64,000 bases of DNA from Candidatus Omnitrophota bacterium (GCA_043821285.1 JBDRCZ010000019.1:2234-66233); one strand, 5' to 3'. Shown: positions 1 to 10,214, counted from the stretch's first letter. Numbers and translations: made by a program. The notes: a model not told the origin generated them from the sequence alone.

Positions 1-527
1 TCCGCTAATATATTCGAAATCGCTAAAGTCATGTTCGATTTTTTTACCATGCGCTCCAGGAGAAAATCGGCAAGATATAATATCATTCTGTTGCGATAAC
101 GGCCAAGTTCATGTTCAAGCATGGCGCGGTAGTCATCAGCGTAATCAAATACCTTGAAACAGTTACAACAGTTCATCAATGGGTATTGAGGAATATTATA
201 CAGAAATAAAACATCAATATTACATTGTGTTACAATCTCCTGCACCTTCTTACGAGAACAAATGGTATAATAACCTTTTTTTACCAACTTGTTTAAAGGG
301 AATGTTCTGTTCCATACAGCTGGATTAACTTCCACATCAATAAGCCGAAGTTTTTCTGGAAGAGCCGCCTCAATTTCCTGATAATTTGTTTCGATTAAAT
401 TTGCCGATGGCGGAGGCTGAAGAACATAAACCATATGTCCCATTTTTGCTAAACGGGTAAACAACTGCTGGTATCTGCTCCAATTAATCGCTTTCCAGCG
501 GGCCATATAAGGGAATAGAAAATTCAT
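1..527 (-). CDS. Glycosyltransferase, probably GT4 N-terminal domain (partial, runs off window)
   Basis: Manual translation from ATG at 527 (overlapping the TGA of the upstream gene): MNFLFPYMARWKAINWSRYQQLFTRLAKMGHMVYVLQPP...VFDYADDY; open to the window edge. Confidence 0.7.
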   Translation of the reverse strand, partial: MNFLFPYMARWKAINWSRYQQLFTRLAKMGHMVYVLQPPPSANLIETNYQEIEAALPEKLRLIDVEVNPAVWNRTFPLNKLVKKGYYTICSRKKVQEIVTQCNIDVLFLYNIPQYPLMNCCNCFKVFDYADDYRAMLEHELGRYRNRMILYLADFLLERMVKKSNMTLAISNILA

Positions 528-1438
528 TGCTTAATCCATCCCTTGTCTAATACATCTATATACCTGGCAACCCTGATATCCGTTTCTTTTTGCTTTAGGA
601 AATCTAATAATTCTGAAAATCTTTTCATTCTAACAACATCATATGGATCTAGATAAATATTGATATAAGCAGATGAATCAATTGCCATATTAACCAAAAG
701 TTTAAATAAATGAATATATTCTTTTTCTGTCCGGTGTATCATTTTATAAAATAATTTTGGGGAATTAAAAGAATGCCAGGTATCAAAGACTGTAAACGGA
801 TGCCGGGGACAAGTGCTTAAAGGAAATTCTACTATTCCATTATCAGCTAAAAACGGCATTCCTTTTGATTTTGTATTTGTAAGGCATGTAGAAGATGAAT
901 ATTTATACCCTATTTCGTTAAGTAACTTATATATGTCCGGGGTAAATAAATTTTTAAAATGCGGAATACGGCATCCTACCGGCTGATATTTAAGAATACT
1001 CTTACAAACATTATGACACTTTTCGATTTCTTCCTTTTTTTCATCATACGATATTTCTTTAAATTTACGCCCCGGGGTTAGCTCGTCATTATCCGGATGT
1101 GAATACGTGTGATTTACGATTTCATGTCCATATTCTAAAATCATTTTATGTTCCTCAGGAAATTTTTCTATCCAATATCCGACACAGGCAAAACTCGTTG
1201 TTATGTCAAATCTCTTTAGGATTTTCAAAACATCTGGAATTGCTTCTACATCTTTAGAATAATCACAATCAAACGAGATGGTCAGTACCGAACATGTTCC
1301 ATTCCAGAATCGCTTACGATATTTGCTATCCCCTAAACAATTCCGCAAAAACCATGCCGGAAATAACAGGGTTACTCCCGCGATAACAATAATATTATCA
1401 TTGTGGTTAAGAATATATTCAATTATCTTCTTTTTCAT
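524..1438 (-). CDS. Polysaccharide deacetylase (NodB homology)
   Basis: TISFDCD, EIVNHTYSH and GCRIP motifs. Confidence 0.8.
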   Translation of the reverse strand: MKKKIIEYILNHNDNIIVIAGVTLLFPAWFLRNCLGDSKYRKRFWNGTCSVLTISFDCDYSKDVEAIPDVLKILKRFDITTSFACVGYWIEKFPEEHKMILEYGHEIVNHTYSHPDNDELTPGRKFKEISYDEKKEEIEKCHNVCKSILKYQPVGCRIPHFKNLFTPDIYKLLNEIGYKYSSSTCLTNTKSKGMPFLADNGIVEFPLSTCPRHPFTVFDTWHSFNSPKLFYKMIHRTEKEYIHLFKLLVNMAIDSSAYINIYLDPYDVVRMKRFSELLDFLKQKETDIRVARYIDVLDKGWIKQ

Positions 1439-2582
1439 CGTGTTTTAACTTATAACATACATCAATAATCTTCGCGGCATTATTTTTCCAAAGATGATTT
1501 TTAAAAACATTATTTCTGGCATTTTCTCTGATTCTCTTATTTAATTCATCATCGTCCAGAATCCTTTCTATACACGCGGCCAAAGCAAATACATTTTGCG
1601 GCTCAAACAAAAGTCCATTCTTATCATCATCAATTACGTCTTCTAAAGGGCCAAGCCTTGGAGCAACAACCGGCTTACCCATTGCCATATATTCGAAAAT
1701 CTTCATTGGTGAGCCGTAATTATTAGAATTTGGCATAACACAAACATCCATACTTGCAATATACTTTGGAAGTTCTTCATATTCTACTTTTCCGGCAAAA
1801 ATTAATTTGCTCATTATTTTCAGATCCGTTTTAATCTCTTCCAGCCTTACTTTCATCGGACCGTCTCCCACCAAAAAGAGACATAGATTGTTTCTTTTTT
1901 TTTCAATATTTTTCACTGCTTCTAACAGCAGCTCTAACCCATGCCACGGATAAAATCCTCCCACAAAACCGATTATATTTCTGCCGCTTAATCCGCATTT
2001 ATCCTTTATTTCATTTGCACTAAAATTAAAGCTAAAAATTTTTTCGTCCACCGCATTGGGGGTTAGATATATTTTTCCATCTGATATACCAAGTGCGATT
2101 AATTGTTTTTTTAAAAAACTTGAAACGACAAAAATTGCATCAGCATTTTCAAAAGATTTTCTCTCAATATAACGCACAAAAGGCAGTAATACCTTTGTCC
2201 GTCTTCTCACCAGCGGCGTATAAGAGGTATAATTGACTTCAAGCATATATGGGATATTAAATCTTTTCGCTAAATATGTGCCCGCCCAGGAAAAAAAAGC
2301 AAAACGTTCATAGACAAAGTCGTATTTATTTAAAGAAAATTTTTGTCTTATCTTTCTGAAAGCAAGAAAATTATAAAAAATTTCCATAAGTTCAAAAACA
2401 TATTCCGGTAAATTCTTGGATAACCAGTCGAACCTTTTTCTTAATGCCCCCTTCCCTTCAGTCATAACCGGACAATCCATATCTACCGTATGTCCCATTC
2501 TTCTTAATGCTTCAACAATCCCGCGGATATGTATGCCCTCAACCCCCTTTCCTTGCGTTCTATGAATATATAATATTTTCAT
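1419..2582 (-). CDS. GT4 glycosyltransferase
   Basis: GFVGGFYPWHG and SPMKIFEYMAMGKPVV motifs. Confidence 0.9.
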   Translation of the reverse strand: MKILYIHRTQGKGVEGIHIRGIVEALRRMGHTVDMDCPVMTEGKGALRKRFDWLSKNLPEYVFELMEIFYNFLAFRKIRQKFSLNKYDFVYERFAFFSWAGTYLAKRFNIPYMLEVNYTSYTPLVRRRTKVLLPFVRYIERKSFENADAIFVVSSFLKKQLIALGISDGKIYLTPNAVDEKIFSFNFSANEIKDKCGLSGRNIIGFVGGFYPWHGLELLLEAVKNIEKKRNNLCLFLVGDGPMKVRLEEIKTDLKIMSKLIFAGKVEYEELPKYIASMDVCVMPNSNNYGSPMKIFEYMAMGKPVVAPRLGPLEDVIDDDKNGLLFEPQNVFALAACIERILDDDELNKRIRENARNNVFKNHLWKNNAAKIIDVCYKLKHDEKEDN

Positions 2583-2583
2583 T

Positions 2584-3267
2584 TTATTTTATCAACTCGC
2601 TCACTTTTACAAATTCAAAGCCGCGTTTTTGCAAATTATCAATTATTGACGGAAGCGCGGCAACGGTCCCGCGATTGTTATCATGAAACAAAAGAATGTC
2701 TCCCGGTTCAATTTCTTGAGCATTTATTTCGGAAATTATATCCTCAGCATTTTTATGCATAAAATCATTAGTCTCTATAGAATACATAATAAATGTATAT
2801 CCCTTTTTAACCGCAAATAGCAATGCCGGTAAACTTAGCTCGCAATACGGGGAACGAAAAAGTTTAATTCTGTTTTTATAAAACTCTTCTATTTTAATTT
2901 GTGTTTTTTCAATCTCCGAGATAAAGTTCTCTATCCGCATCTGCCGGATATGACTATGGGTATAAAGATGATTGCCAATTGCATGTCCTTGTTCAACGAT
3001 ACATTTTACAAGTTCAGGAAATTTTTCCAACTCCTCCCCAAGCAGAAAAAAGGTCGCTTTTACATCATATCTTTTTAATATCTCCAGCGTTTTTTCTGTA
3101 AATTCAGCATTTGGCCCGTCATCAAATGTCAAGGCAATTCTTTTGGCGGATAATCGCCCCTGCCAGATTATATATTTAGGGGGTACAACGTAGCCGATTA
3201 ATGCCTTTATTATCCGCTTTATCCTCGTGTAAATCCGCAGCTTCCTGAATAGTTTTTGCATTAGCAA
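2584..3267 (-). CDS. Polysaccharide deacetylase (PgdA/NodB family)
   Basis: ALTFDDGP, GNHLYTH, FRSPY and LLFHD motifs. Confidence 0.9.
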   Translation of the reverse strand: MLMQKLFRKLRIYTRIKRIIKALIGYVVPPKYIIWQGRLSAKRIALTFDDGPNAEFTEKTLEILKRYDVKATFFLLGEELEKFPELVKCIVEQGHAIGNHLYTHSHIRQMRIENFISEIEKTQIKIEEFYKNRIKLFRSPYCELSLPALLFAVKKGYTFIMYSIETNDFMHKNAEDIISEINAQEIEPGDILLFHDNNRGTVAALPSIIDNLQKRGFEFVKVSELIK

Positions 3268-3325
3268 CTTGAACTTAGTGGGTTAAATGCTCAATTATTA
3301 CTCCACCTATGCCACTTAGTTAAAC

Positions 3326-4243
3326 CTACTGTTTTCTAAAGGCTAAATTTAGCCAAGGCAAAAATGCCTCACGCGGCATATTATTATGACTCGAATTTAG
3401 CACGCCGGCGCCTCTTGCCATAAATGCGATGATTTTAGAAAATAGGTCATTTTTTTTATTTTCCAGAAACTTCTCTACCTGATCGTATCCCTCAATATTA
3501 GTAATATATGTAAAACTATCCAAATATTTCCTTATCTGCCAATAGGTTATACCTACCGTACAAAATTTCGCATGAAAGATATTTGTCATAATCCTTGGAA
3601 AGTAATTTATAAACCATTTCTTCGAGTGAAGCTCTATGGGATAGAGACCATTAGAGGTTTCCAGAATAAACAGGATACCGCCTTTTTTTAAAACCCGAGA
3701 GAGCTCGGTAATATACTTTCCCCGGTTAACATCTTTTATATATTCAAAAACCGATACACAAGTAACAATATCAAATGTTTCATCTATATATTTTAACTTG
3801 CTGCAATCTTTACAATACATTAAACGAATTTTATCTTCTAATCCATATTTTTTTATACGAATGTTTCCTATGTCTATGGCTATAGCGTCGGGATCAACCC
3901 CAACCACCTTAGCCCCTTCTAAAGCCAATGCAACAGCCGTGGCCGCAGTATTGCATCCAAACTCTAAAACATATTTATTCCTTAAGGAATCATTTCCCAT
4001 TTTTAATACACTTGTCATAAAAGGAATAGAATTTATCTGATGAATGTTTACATAATTCAGCATCTTAATTGCTGTTTTCTTAAAATTGACATCGTTTTTA
4101 TTATATCCATACCCTTGCTGATATGCCTTTAGCATTCTGTGATCATATTCATCCATGACCGGCTGCCATCGTTCTAAAGCAGAACCATCTGCATTAACAT
4201 CCTGGGCATTAGCACTTTTTATTATTTTTCTATCGATGTTCAT
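3326..4243 (-). CDS. Class I SAM-dependent methyltransferase
   Basis: VLEFGC, VVGVDPD, TFDIV and RVLKKGG motifs. Confidence 0.85.
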   Translation of the reverse strand: MNIDRKIIKSANAQDVNADGSALERWQPVMDEYDHRMLKAYQQGYGYNKNDVNFKKTAIKMLNYVNIHQINSIPFMTSVLKMGNDSLRNKYVLEFGCNTAATAVALALEGAKVVGVDPDAIAIDIGNIRIKKYGLEDKIRLMYCKDCSKLKYIDETFDIVTCVSVFEYIKDVNRGKYITELSRVLKKGGILFILETSNGLYPIELHSKKWFINYFPRIMTNIFHAKFCTVGITYWQIRKYLDSFTYITNIEGYDQVEKFLENKKNDLFSKIIAFMARGAGVLNSSHNNMPREAFLPWLNLAFRKQ

Positions 4244-4307
4244 TTTCTGTTTTCATTAGTGGAGAAATCTCTTTTTTAGCCACGTTCAATCAGTGTTTAT
4301 CCGTAGC

Positions 4308-6422
4308 TTAATCTTTTGATAATTGTCGCCAGATCCTATCCATTAGCTGCATGTTTTGTAATCCTTCTTCTCCGCTTACCGGCGCTTCTTTGTCTTTAAC
4401 AATACTCTGATAAAATTCACGGATTAAAATCTCCGTACCTTCATAATAAGTAAATGTCTTTCTTAAAGCCTGGAAGGTGTTTTTAAATGTACTTGAAACA
4501 ATTGTCTTGGCCTGGGAAAAATTCATTAGGGTGCGGGATATGGCTTTGGGAATACCTTTAACTGCTCCCTGTTTTATTACGGTTTTATTTAAAAAATCCA
4601 GAAATAGCGTCATCTTTGTACCGTAAATGTTTAAGGTTTGATAGCGTGGATTAACTGCTAACGACAGACTCACCATTCCCATAGACTTCTTTGTTTCGAC
4701 AAACACCCGCAGTTCATCACTATCCATTGCCTTGACCACTCCACTATGCCTGCCCGTGGCATAAATTTTTTCGGGGTAACCGATAATATCTGTTAACACA
4801 CAAAGCGCATGCGGAGCCAAGTTCTGATAAAGCCCGCCGGGCATTTTAAACGTCCAGTGATCCTTTGCCCCGGGCCGCATATAACGGCTGTTAGGATTTT
4901 CTCCGAGATTAAAACCGTACCAGCTCTCCACATAGACAATATTGCCAACAAGATGTTTGGCAATTAAATCCCGCGCTTCGATCATTACCGGGTCATACAA
5001 ATGATTATGCCCGACGCACAATTTAATTTTTTGTTCTTCTGCCGCCTGAACCATTTCTTCTGCATCCTGGGCATTTACCGCCATCGGTTTTTCCACATAG
5101 ACGTGGCATCTGTTTTTGAGCGCATAAAGCGTATGCGCTTTATGCAGATGCGGGGGAGTGAGGATATGCACGACATTTGGCCGCTCACTCGTAATCAATT
5201 CTTCGATTGTAGAATGAACGTTTTTTATGTTAAATTTATCCGCAATAAACGCCGCGTTTTTTGCATCCGGGTCGCAGACCCCGACAATCTCCACTCCTTC
5301 TATTCGTTTAAGAATAGGGATATGGGTTAAGGCAATCTGTCCGCAGCCGACAATCGCTGCTTTCTCGGGTTTACTTATGCGAAACTGCCTGTCTCTCACC
5401 CGGGGGCCAATTTTGCGCTTCGGCATTAAATTGTTATTATGCCACTGCATTGTCCGCTTTAATGCCTCGCTCCACTTTACCTCTGGTAACCAGCCCAATT
5501 TATCTTTTAATTTATCATTAAGGTAAATAAATTCATGGCTGCATAAAAACATAAATTTTCTGGCAAAAGGATTATTCTTCTTAAGCAGTTTAAACAAAAT
5601 ACCCAGCATTTCTGAAAAAGCAAGCATGACAAAATAAGGCACATAATATATCGCTAACCTTGGCAGCACCATACTTTTTACCCGTTCCAGGTAATCCTTT
5701 TGCGTAAATTCCGGATTATCAACCACATTAAAGACATGGCCATTGGCTTCGTCTTTCTCCACTGCTAATACGATTGCCTCGGCAAGGTTTTTCACATATA
5801 CTGCCGGCAGCCGGTTATTCCCATTGCCAACAACCATAAACCGGTTAAACCCTAACGCATATCCCATGCGGGGGATATAGAGTTTGCCGTATTCGCCGTA
5901 AATTAACCCCGGCCGGATAATTACCGTGGAGAATTTAGTATGGTTATGAAATTTGGCAATAATATCTTCGGCAATAATTTTGGACCTTGTATAATAATCC
6001 GCATCTTTTTCTTGGACAATAGGGGTATCTTCGGTTATTGGGCCTGATTTATTTGTATCGTGAACAAGTATGGTACTTATATAAATGAATTTTTTGCCGC
6101 CGGCCTTATGGAATTCATCAAGCAAATACTCTGTAGATTTTGCATTAACGTTAAGGTAATCCTCCCATGCCCCGCTCATCGCTGCTGCAGCATGAATAAC
6201 CGCGTCCATACCGGAAACCGCCTGGCTAAAACTTGCCGGATCACTTAAATCACCAAAGCATAATTCTACCCCGGCATTTTGCAAATGCCCGTGATCGGCA
6301 GTCTTTCGCACTAATGCCCGTACCTGGTATCCGGCATCAGTGAGTTTTTCTACTAAATGCCGGCCTAAAAAACCCGCGGCCCCGGTAACAAGTATCTTTG
6401 TATTTTTATTTGTCCTTTCCAT
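4308..6422 (-). CDS. NAD-dependent epimerase/dehydratase fused to Gfo/Idh/MocA oxidoreductase
   Basis: ILVTGAAGFLG and YTRSK in the N-half; AIVGCGQIA and YVEKP in the C-half. Start moved to MERTNK because the longer ORF runs into an intergenic repeat. Confidence 0.85.
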   Translation of the reverse strand: MERTNKNTKILVTGAAGFLGRHLVEKLTDAGYQVRALVRKTADHGHLQNAGVELCFGDLSDPASFSQAVSGMDAVIHAAAAMSGAWEDYLNVNAKSTEYLLDEFHKAGGKKFIYISTILVHDTNKSGPITEDTPIVQEKDADYYTRSKIIAEDIIAKFHNHTKFSTVIIRPGLIYGEYGKLYIPRMGYALGFNRFMVVGNGNNRLPAVYVKNLAEAIVLAVEKDEANGHVFNVVDNPEFTQKDYLERVKSMVLPRLAIYYVPYFVMLAFSEMLGILFKLLKKNNPFARKFMFLCSHEFIYLNDKLKDKLGWLPEVKWSEALKRTMQWHNNNLMPKRKIGPRVRDRQFRISKPEKAAIVGCGQIALTHIPILKRIEGVEIVGVCDPDAKNAAFIADKFNIKNVHSTIEELITSERPNVVHILTPPHLHKAHTLYALKNRCHVYVEKPMAVNAQDAEEMVQAAEEQKIKLCVGHNHLYDPVMIEARDLIAKHLVGNIVYVESWYGFNLGENPNSRYMRPGAKDHWTFKMPGGLYQNLAPHALCVLTDIIGYPEKIYATGRHSGVVKAMDSDELRVFVETKKSMGMVSLSLAVNPRYQTLNIYGTKMTLFLDFLNKTVIKQGAVKGIPKAISRTLMNFSQAKTIVSSTFKNTFQALRKTFTYYEGTEILIREFYQSIVKDKEAPVSGEEGLQNMQLMDRIWRQLSKD

Positions 6423-6444
6423 TTTTTGTCCTTTCAATGTTATA

Positions 6445-6705
6445 GGTTCTCTCAAATAATAAACCACAGAGAGCATAATGCTCACTTTTAAGGTAAACAA
6501 TGGCCTTTTGGCCGTTCATCAACATAAATAATATTTATTTTCCCGCCAAGACGCCAATTTTTACACGGATAAAAAACCGGCTTTTTAATAATCCATTTGT
6601 TTGACCTCATTCCACCACAAGGCATTGGCGGATCTTCGATTTTTATCAGTGTTTAATCCGTGTCAATCCGTGGCTTTGTCTTTTTATTTTATTTGTAAGA
6701 CTACC
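6445..6705. mobile_element. Putative degenerate IS1-like MITE carrying nested short repeats
   Basis: Left end GGTTCTCTCAAATA resembles the 28920 and 31182 ends; right end reads GGTAGTCTTACAAA on minus; no TSD found. Confidence 0.4.
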
Positions 6706-6708
6706 ATT

Positions 6709-7908
6709 TCACAGCACTACTTTCCTAATCTCCGCTTTGAGCCGGTCTATACAATCCTGCCAGGAATTATTTTTTACTCTTGCACGTAAGTCTTCTCTGT
6801 TCCACTGTCTGCTTTTTGCCTCCTTTACAGCCTCTGCCAACTGGTCTGGATTTTTTGGGTCAACTAAAAATCCGTATTTTTTGTCATTAACTATCTCCGG
6901 TATACCGCCAACATTCGATGCCACAATTGGCACCCCGCAGGCTAATGCCTCCATTAACACGTTCGGCCAGCCCTCGCTTAAACTCGGCAGGCAAAACAGG
7001 TCCGCAGCATTCATCCATATGGGCAAGGCAGTATTTTCTATGCTGCCGACAAAACTTATCCGGTCACTAAGCTCATACCCTTTTACCATGTTTTTAAGTT
7101 TATTTTCCAGCTTGCCATGGCCAATTATTATTAAATTAATATTATTTATACTATTCTTACATAAAATATCTATTGCCTTAATCAAATATTCCACGCCTTT
7201 GATCCTACGCAGGTACCCGGCAAAAAGGATAAAAAAACTGTTTTGATTTATGCCAAGCTTTTTCCGGCAATCCTGCCGCTCCTGTATATTAAAAATTTCC
7301 GTGTCCACACCTAAGGTAATTGTCATAATCTTATGCGGCTCAACACCCAATTTGATTATTTTATTCTTCAAATCACCGCACACCGGAAAAATCGTAGTAC
7401 ATTTATTTAAGGTATATTGGATAATCTTTTTTCTTATATATCCCCGCGGTAAAATATTTATATCCGAACCGCGCGGCCGGATAATTACCGGAAGATTATA
7501 TTTCTTCCCCAATAAAACCGCGGCATACCCCTCCGGATATGTCCAGAAAGAAATAATCGCATTAAAGTTAAATTCTTTCCGTAGTTCGATCATTAACTGC
7601 CTTAAGCTAAAATAACAGAAAAAACCAAAAAGCCCGCGGCCAACCTTAGGAATAACCAGATAGCGCCGGTAGAAAACTTCGATATGGCCGTCCTGCCTTT
7701 TTTCTGCGACATTGTATGGCTGTTTATCAATTACCCGTTTAAACGGATATGTGGCAATTGTTGCGACAACTTTTATCTCAAAATCCTCGGATATCCCCTC
7801 AACCTGTCTTTTAATATCTATGCCTAAATTCTCATCTAAATTATTAGGGTAGGCATTAGTCAAAACAAGTATTTTTTTCTTTTCGTTAGGACAAATATAA
7901 CTGCTCAT
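6709..7908 (-). CDS. GT4 glycosyltransferase (TuaC-like)
   Basis: RGSDI and LPSLSEGWPNVLMEALACG motifs. Confidence 0.9.
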   Translation of the reverse strand: MSSYICPNEKKKILVLTNAYPNNLDENLGIDIKRQVEGISEDFEIKVVATIATYPFKRVIDKQPYNVAEKRQDGHIEVFYRRYLVIPKVGRGLFGFFCYFSLRQLMIELRKEFNFNAIISFWTYPEGYAAVLLGKKYNLPVIIRPRGSDINILPRGYIRKKIIQYTLNKCTTIFPVCGDLKNKIIKLGVEPHKIMTITLGVDTEIFNIQERQDCRKKLGINQNSFFILFAGYLRRIKGVEYLIKAIDILCKNSINNINLIIIGHGKLENKLKNMVKGYELSDRISFVGSIENTALPIWMNAADLFCLPSLSEGWPNVLMEALACGVPIVASNVGGIPEIVNDKKYGFLVDPKNPDQLAEAVKEAKSRQWNREDLRARVKNNSWQDCIDRLKAEIRKVVL

Positions 7909-8986
7909 ACTCCTGCACCATTATCTCCAGATTAAAATGTTCCCTGACTCGCTGACAAGCACATTCTCCCATTTTTTTCTGCAATTTTTTATCGGTCAAT
8001 ATGGTAATTATTTTTTCTGCCATTTGCTTTGGCTCTTTGGGCGTAACTAAATACCCGGTTTTTTCATCCGGCACAACCTCACAATTTCCGCCAACCGCCG
8101 TAGCCACTACCGGAATACTTGCCGCCATGGCTTCAATTAAAGCTAAGGGCAGTCCCTCACTAAGCGAGGATAAGACAAACAGGTCAAATATTTGTAAGAC
8201 CTTATCCACATCATCTCTTGCACCTAAAAACATTATGTTTTTCCTCACTTCTATGTCACGGGAAAAATCCTCTAATTTCTTTCTTAATGGTCCGTCCCCG
8301 ACAATTATTAGGATAACATTTTTTAATTTATCTAACACCAAAGAAAAGGACTTAATCAAAGTTAAATGATCTTTTACCTCTACCAGCCTCCCGACTGTCC
8401 CGATAACACGTGTATCTTCATCAATCCCCAGCTCTTTTTTTAATGTCTTTTGCATATCCTGCCGGCTGAATCTGCCAACATCAATACCGTTTAATATTGT
8501 TTTAATCTTTTGCCGATTAATATTTTCCTCTTTAACCATAAACCCCGCCACATTCGCTGAATCACAAACAATATAATCCGTAGCATAAGACAAAATTTTC
8601 TCCAGTATTTTCCTTCTTTTTAAGTCATCCACGTTACTGTGCTCGGTATGTATTAACCTTATTTCTTGCACCATGTTTTTGGCAACTGCCGCATACAGCC
8701 AAGGGGCATAGTTATGGGTATGGACAATATCAATTTGATTTTCCTGAAACAGCCTTTTTAATTTCCACGGCAGGAAAAAATCAAGGCCATTTCTTTTTTT
8801 AATTATATGCACGGGGATCCCGGCCTTGGTAAATTCCGGTATCAGCTTGCCATCTTCCCTGAGAGTGCAGACACGGGAGGAAAACCGCTGACGGTCAAGG
8901 GCATTCAGCATATTTAAAACAAGCATCTCCAGCCCGCCGATATCTAAAGAATTAGTTACATGCATTATATTTATTTTCTTGTTCAT
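7886..8986 (-). CDS. GT4 glycosyltransferase
   Basis: GGLE, HTEH, VGRLVEVKDH and SSLSEGLPLALIEAMA motifs. Confidence 0.9.
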   Translation of the reverse strand: MNKKINIMHVTNSLDIGGLEMLVLNMLNALDRQRFSSRVCTLREDGKLIPEFTKAGIPVHIIKKRNGLDFFLPWKLKRLFQENQIDIVHTHNYAPWLYAAVAKNMVQEIRLIHTEHSNVDDLKRRKILEKILSYATDYIVCDSANVAGFMVKEENINRQKIKTILNGIDVGRFSRQDMQKTLKKELGIDEDTRVIGTVGRLVEVKDHLTLIKSFSLVLDKLKNVILIIVGDGPLRKKLEDFSRDIEVRKNIMFLGARDDVDKVLQIFDLFVLSSLSEGLPLALIEAMAASIPVVATAVGGNCEVVPDEKTGYLVTPKEPKQMAEKIITILTDKKLQKKMGECACQRVREHFNLEIMVQEYEQLYLS

Positions 8987-9160
8987 TATAAAAAAATTCC
9001 TTTAGCTCGACTATCATTATTTCAAGATTACCGGGTATTATGCCAAACTGATGAGGTTATGCAGTACCGGAAATTTTTTATCCATTTGAACACGAAAGTT
9101 ATCAAACTTTCCCGCCCAAATGCCACCCGGCAAAGCCTGACCGCAGCGAATAGGCAATTT
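8986..9160. repeat. Repeat family A, copy A1
   Basis: ATAAAAAAATTCC-68 nt-GGAAATTTTTTAT stem, then a TTTGAA..TCAAA hairpin and a GAATAGGCAA tail; aligns to 27806, 31600 (reversed) and 33013. Confidence 0.85.
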
Positions 9161-9333
9161 ATTAGCTTCCGGTGCTTCGCACCATCGTCAATTCATCTCT
9201 ATGCCAAAAGCACAGAAATAAATTGGCATTTTCTTAAAAAATCACTTTCGCTTCCAACCACCACAAAGTGTTGGCGGATCTTCGATGTGCCGGGAAATGC
9301 TTTGAATTTCCCACGTATAAATCTTCCCTGTCG

Positions 9334-10125
9334 TTAAGACAGGGAAGATTTATACAATGTAATTATCGTGCACCAGCAAAATTTTTTCAAAAAAGTTAGT
9401 TTCCCCAAAATGAACCGGTCAAACCGACAAAGCATATCAAAACTTTGCCCAAACATTTTCTCATTTTTAATAAGCGTCTTCCAAAAAAATGCCAAAAGCG
9501 CAAACAAAAAAAACCGCTCCTGTTCCATCCGGGAAAAACTGTTTTTTAGTTCCTCAAGATCAGCACCGCACAGGGGGTGTTCATCGCTGGTGCGGTCTTT
9601 TGGGGTTAAAAATCTATACAAATTGATAAACGGGTTCATACCTAATGGTTCGATAAACACCGCCTTGCCGTTCTTTTTTAAAACACGGCAAAGTTCATCT
9701 CTTATTTTCTTAATATCAAGGTGATGTACTATTGCCCTTCCAAACACCCCGTCAAATTCCGCATCATTAAACTCTAATTTTTCTGCATCCATCAAAATTG
9801 CCTCTGCCCGATCCATTATTTTTTCTTGTTCGATAAACCGCTTAATCGTCTTTACCGCTTCCTGTGATATATCAATTGCGACCACCCTTGCCCCAGATCT
9901 AATAAAGTAGTGCATAATCTCGGTGTTAGACCCGCATCCCAGATACAAAATTTTTTTATTTTGGACATTATCCATTTTCTCATAGGCCTTTTTTAACAAC
10001 AGTCTTCTCAATTTTTCGTCATAAAATTTTGCCTGCGCAGACCTTACTGCCTTTCCGCCAAAATAGCGGTCATGAAAGAGCCTTTCGCTTTTCTTTCTCT
10101 TCTCAACATTATTTCCGTTTTTCAT
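9334..10125 (-). CDS. Class I SAM-dependent methyltransferase
   Basis: ILYLGCGS, IDIS and RVLKKNG motifs; an alternative in-frame ATG at 10203 reads through repeat A2. Confidence 0.85.
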   Translation of the reverse strand: MKNGNNVEKRKKSERLFHDRYFGGKAVRSAQAKFYDEKLRRLLLKKAYEKMDNVQNKKILYLGCGSNTEIMHYFIRSGARVVAIDISQEAVKTIKRFIEQEKIMDRAEAILMDAEKLEFNDAEFDGVFGRAIVHHLDIKKIRDELCRVLKKNGKAVFIEPLGMNPFINLYRFLTPKDRTSDEHPLCGADLEELKNSFSRMEQERFFLFALLAFFWKTLIKNEKMFGQSFDMLCRFDRFILGKLTFLKKFCWCTIITLYKSSLS

Positions 10126-10139
10126 TTTTATCCAATCAT

Positions 10140-10200
10140 AATAAAAAGATTCCTTCGGAATCTTTTTATCCGTTTGAAAACCATAGGTTTTCAAACTTTC
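10140..10200. repeat. Repeat family A, minimal copy A2
   Basis: ATAAAAAGATTCC-TTC-GGAATCTTTTTAT plus TTTGAAAACC-ATA-GGTTTTCAAA. Confidence 0.85.
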
Positions 10201-10214
10201 CATCCAAAGATAAA

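Noticed and set aside
9038-9040. Stop-codon reassignment suggested by the conserved TAA/CAA in family A
   Set aside because: TAA is the normal terminator for many genes in this window (e.g. rpsU, rnhA)
8960-9337. ORFs 8960-9337(+), 31530-31757(-) and 32914-33117(+) sharing DEVMQY..FF-like sequence
   Set aside because: The similarity comes from repeat family A; synonymous bias favours the opposite strand, so they are not called as genes
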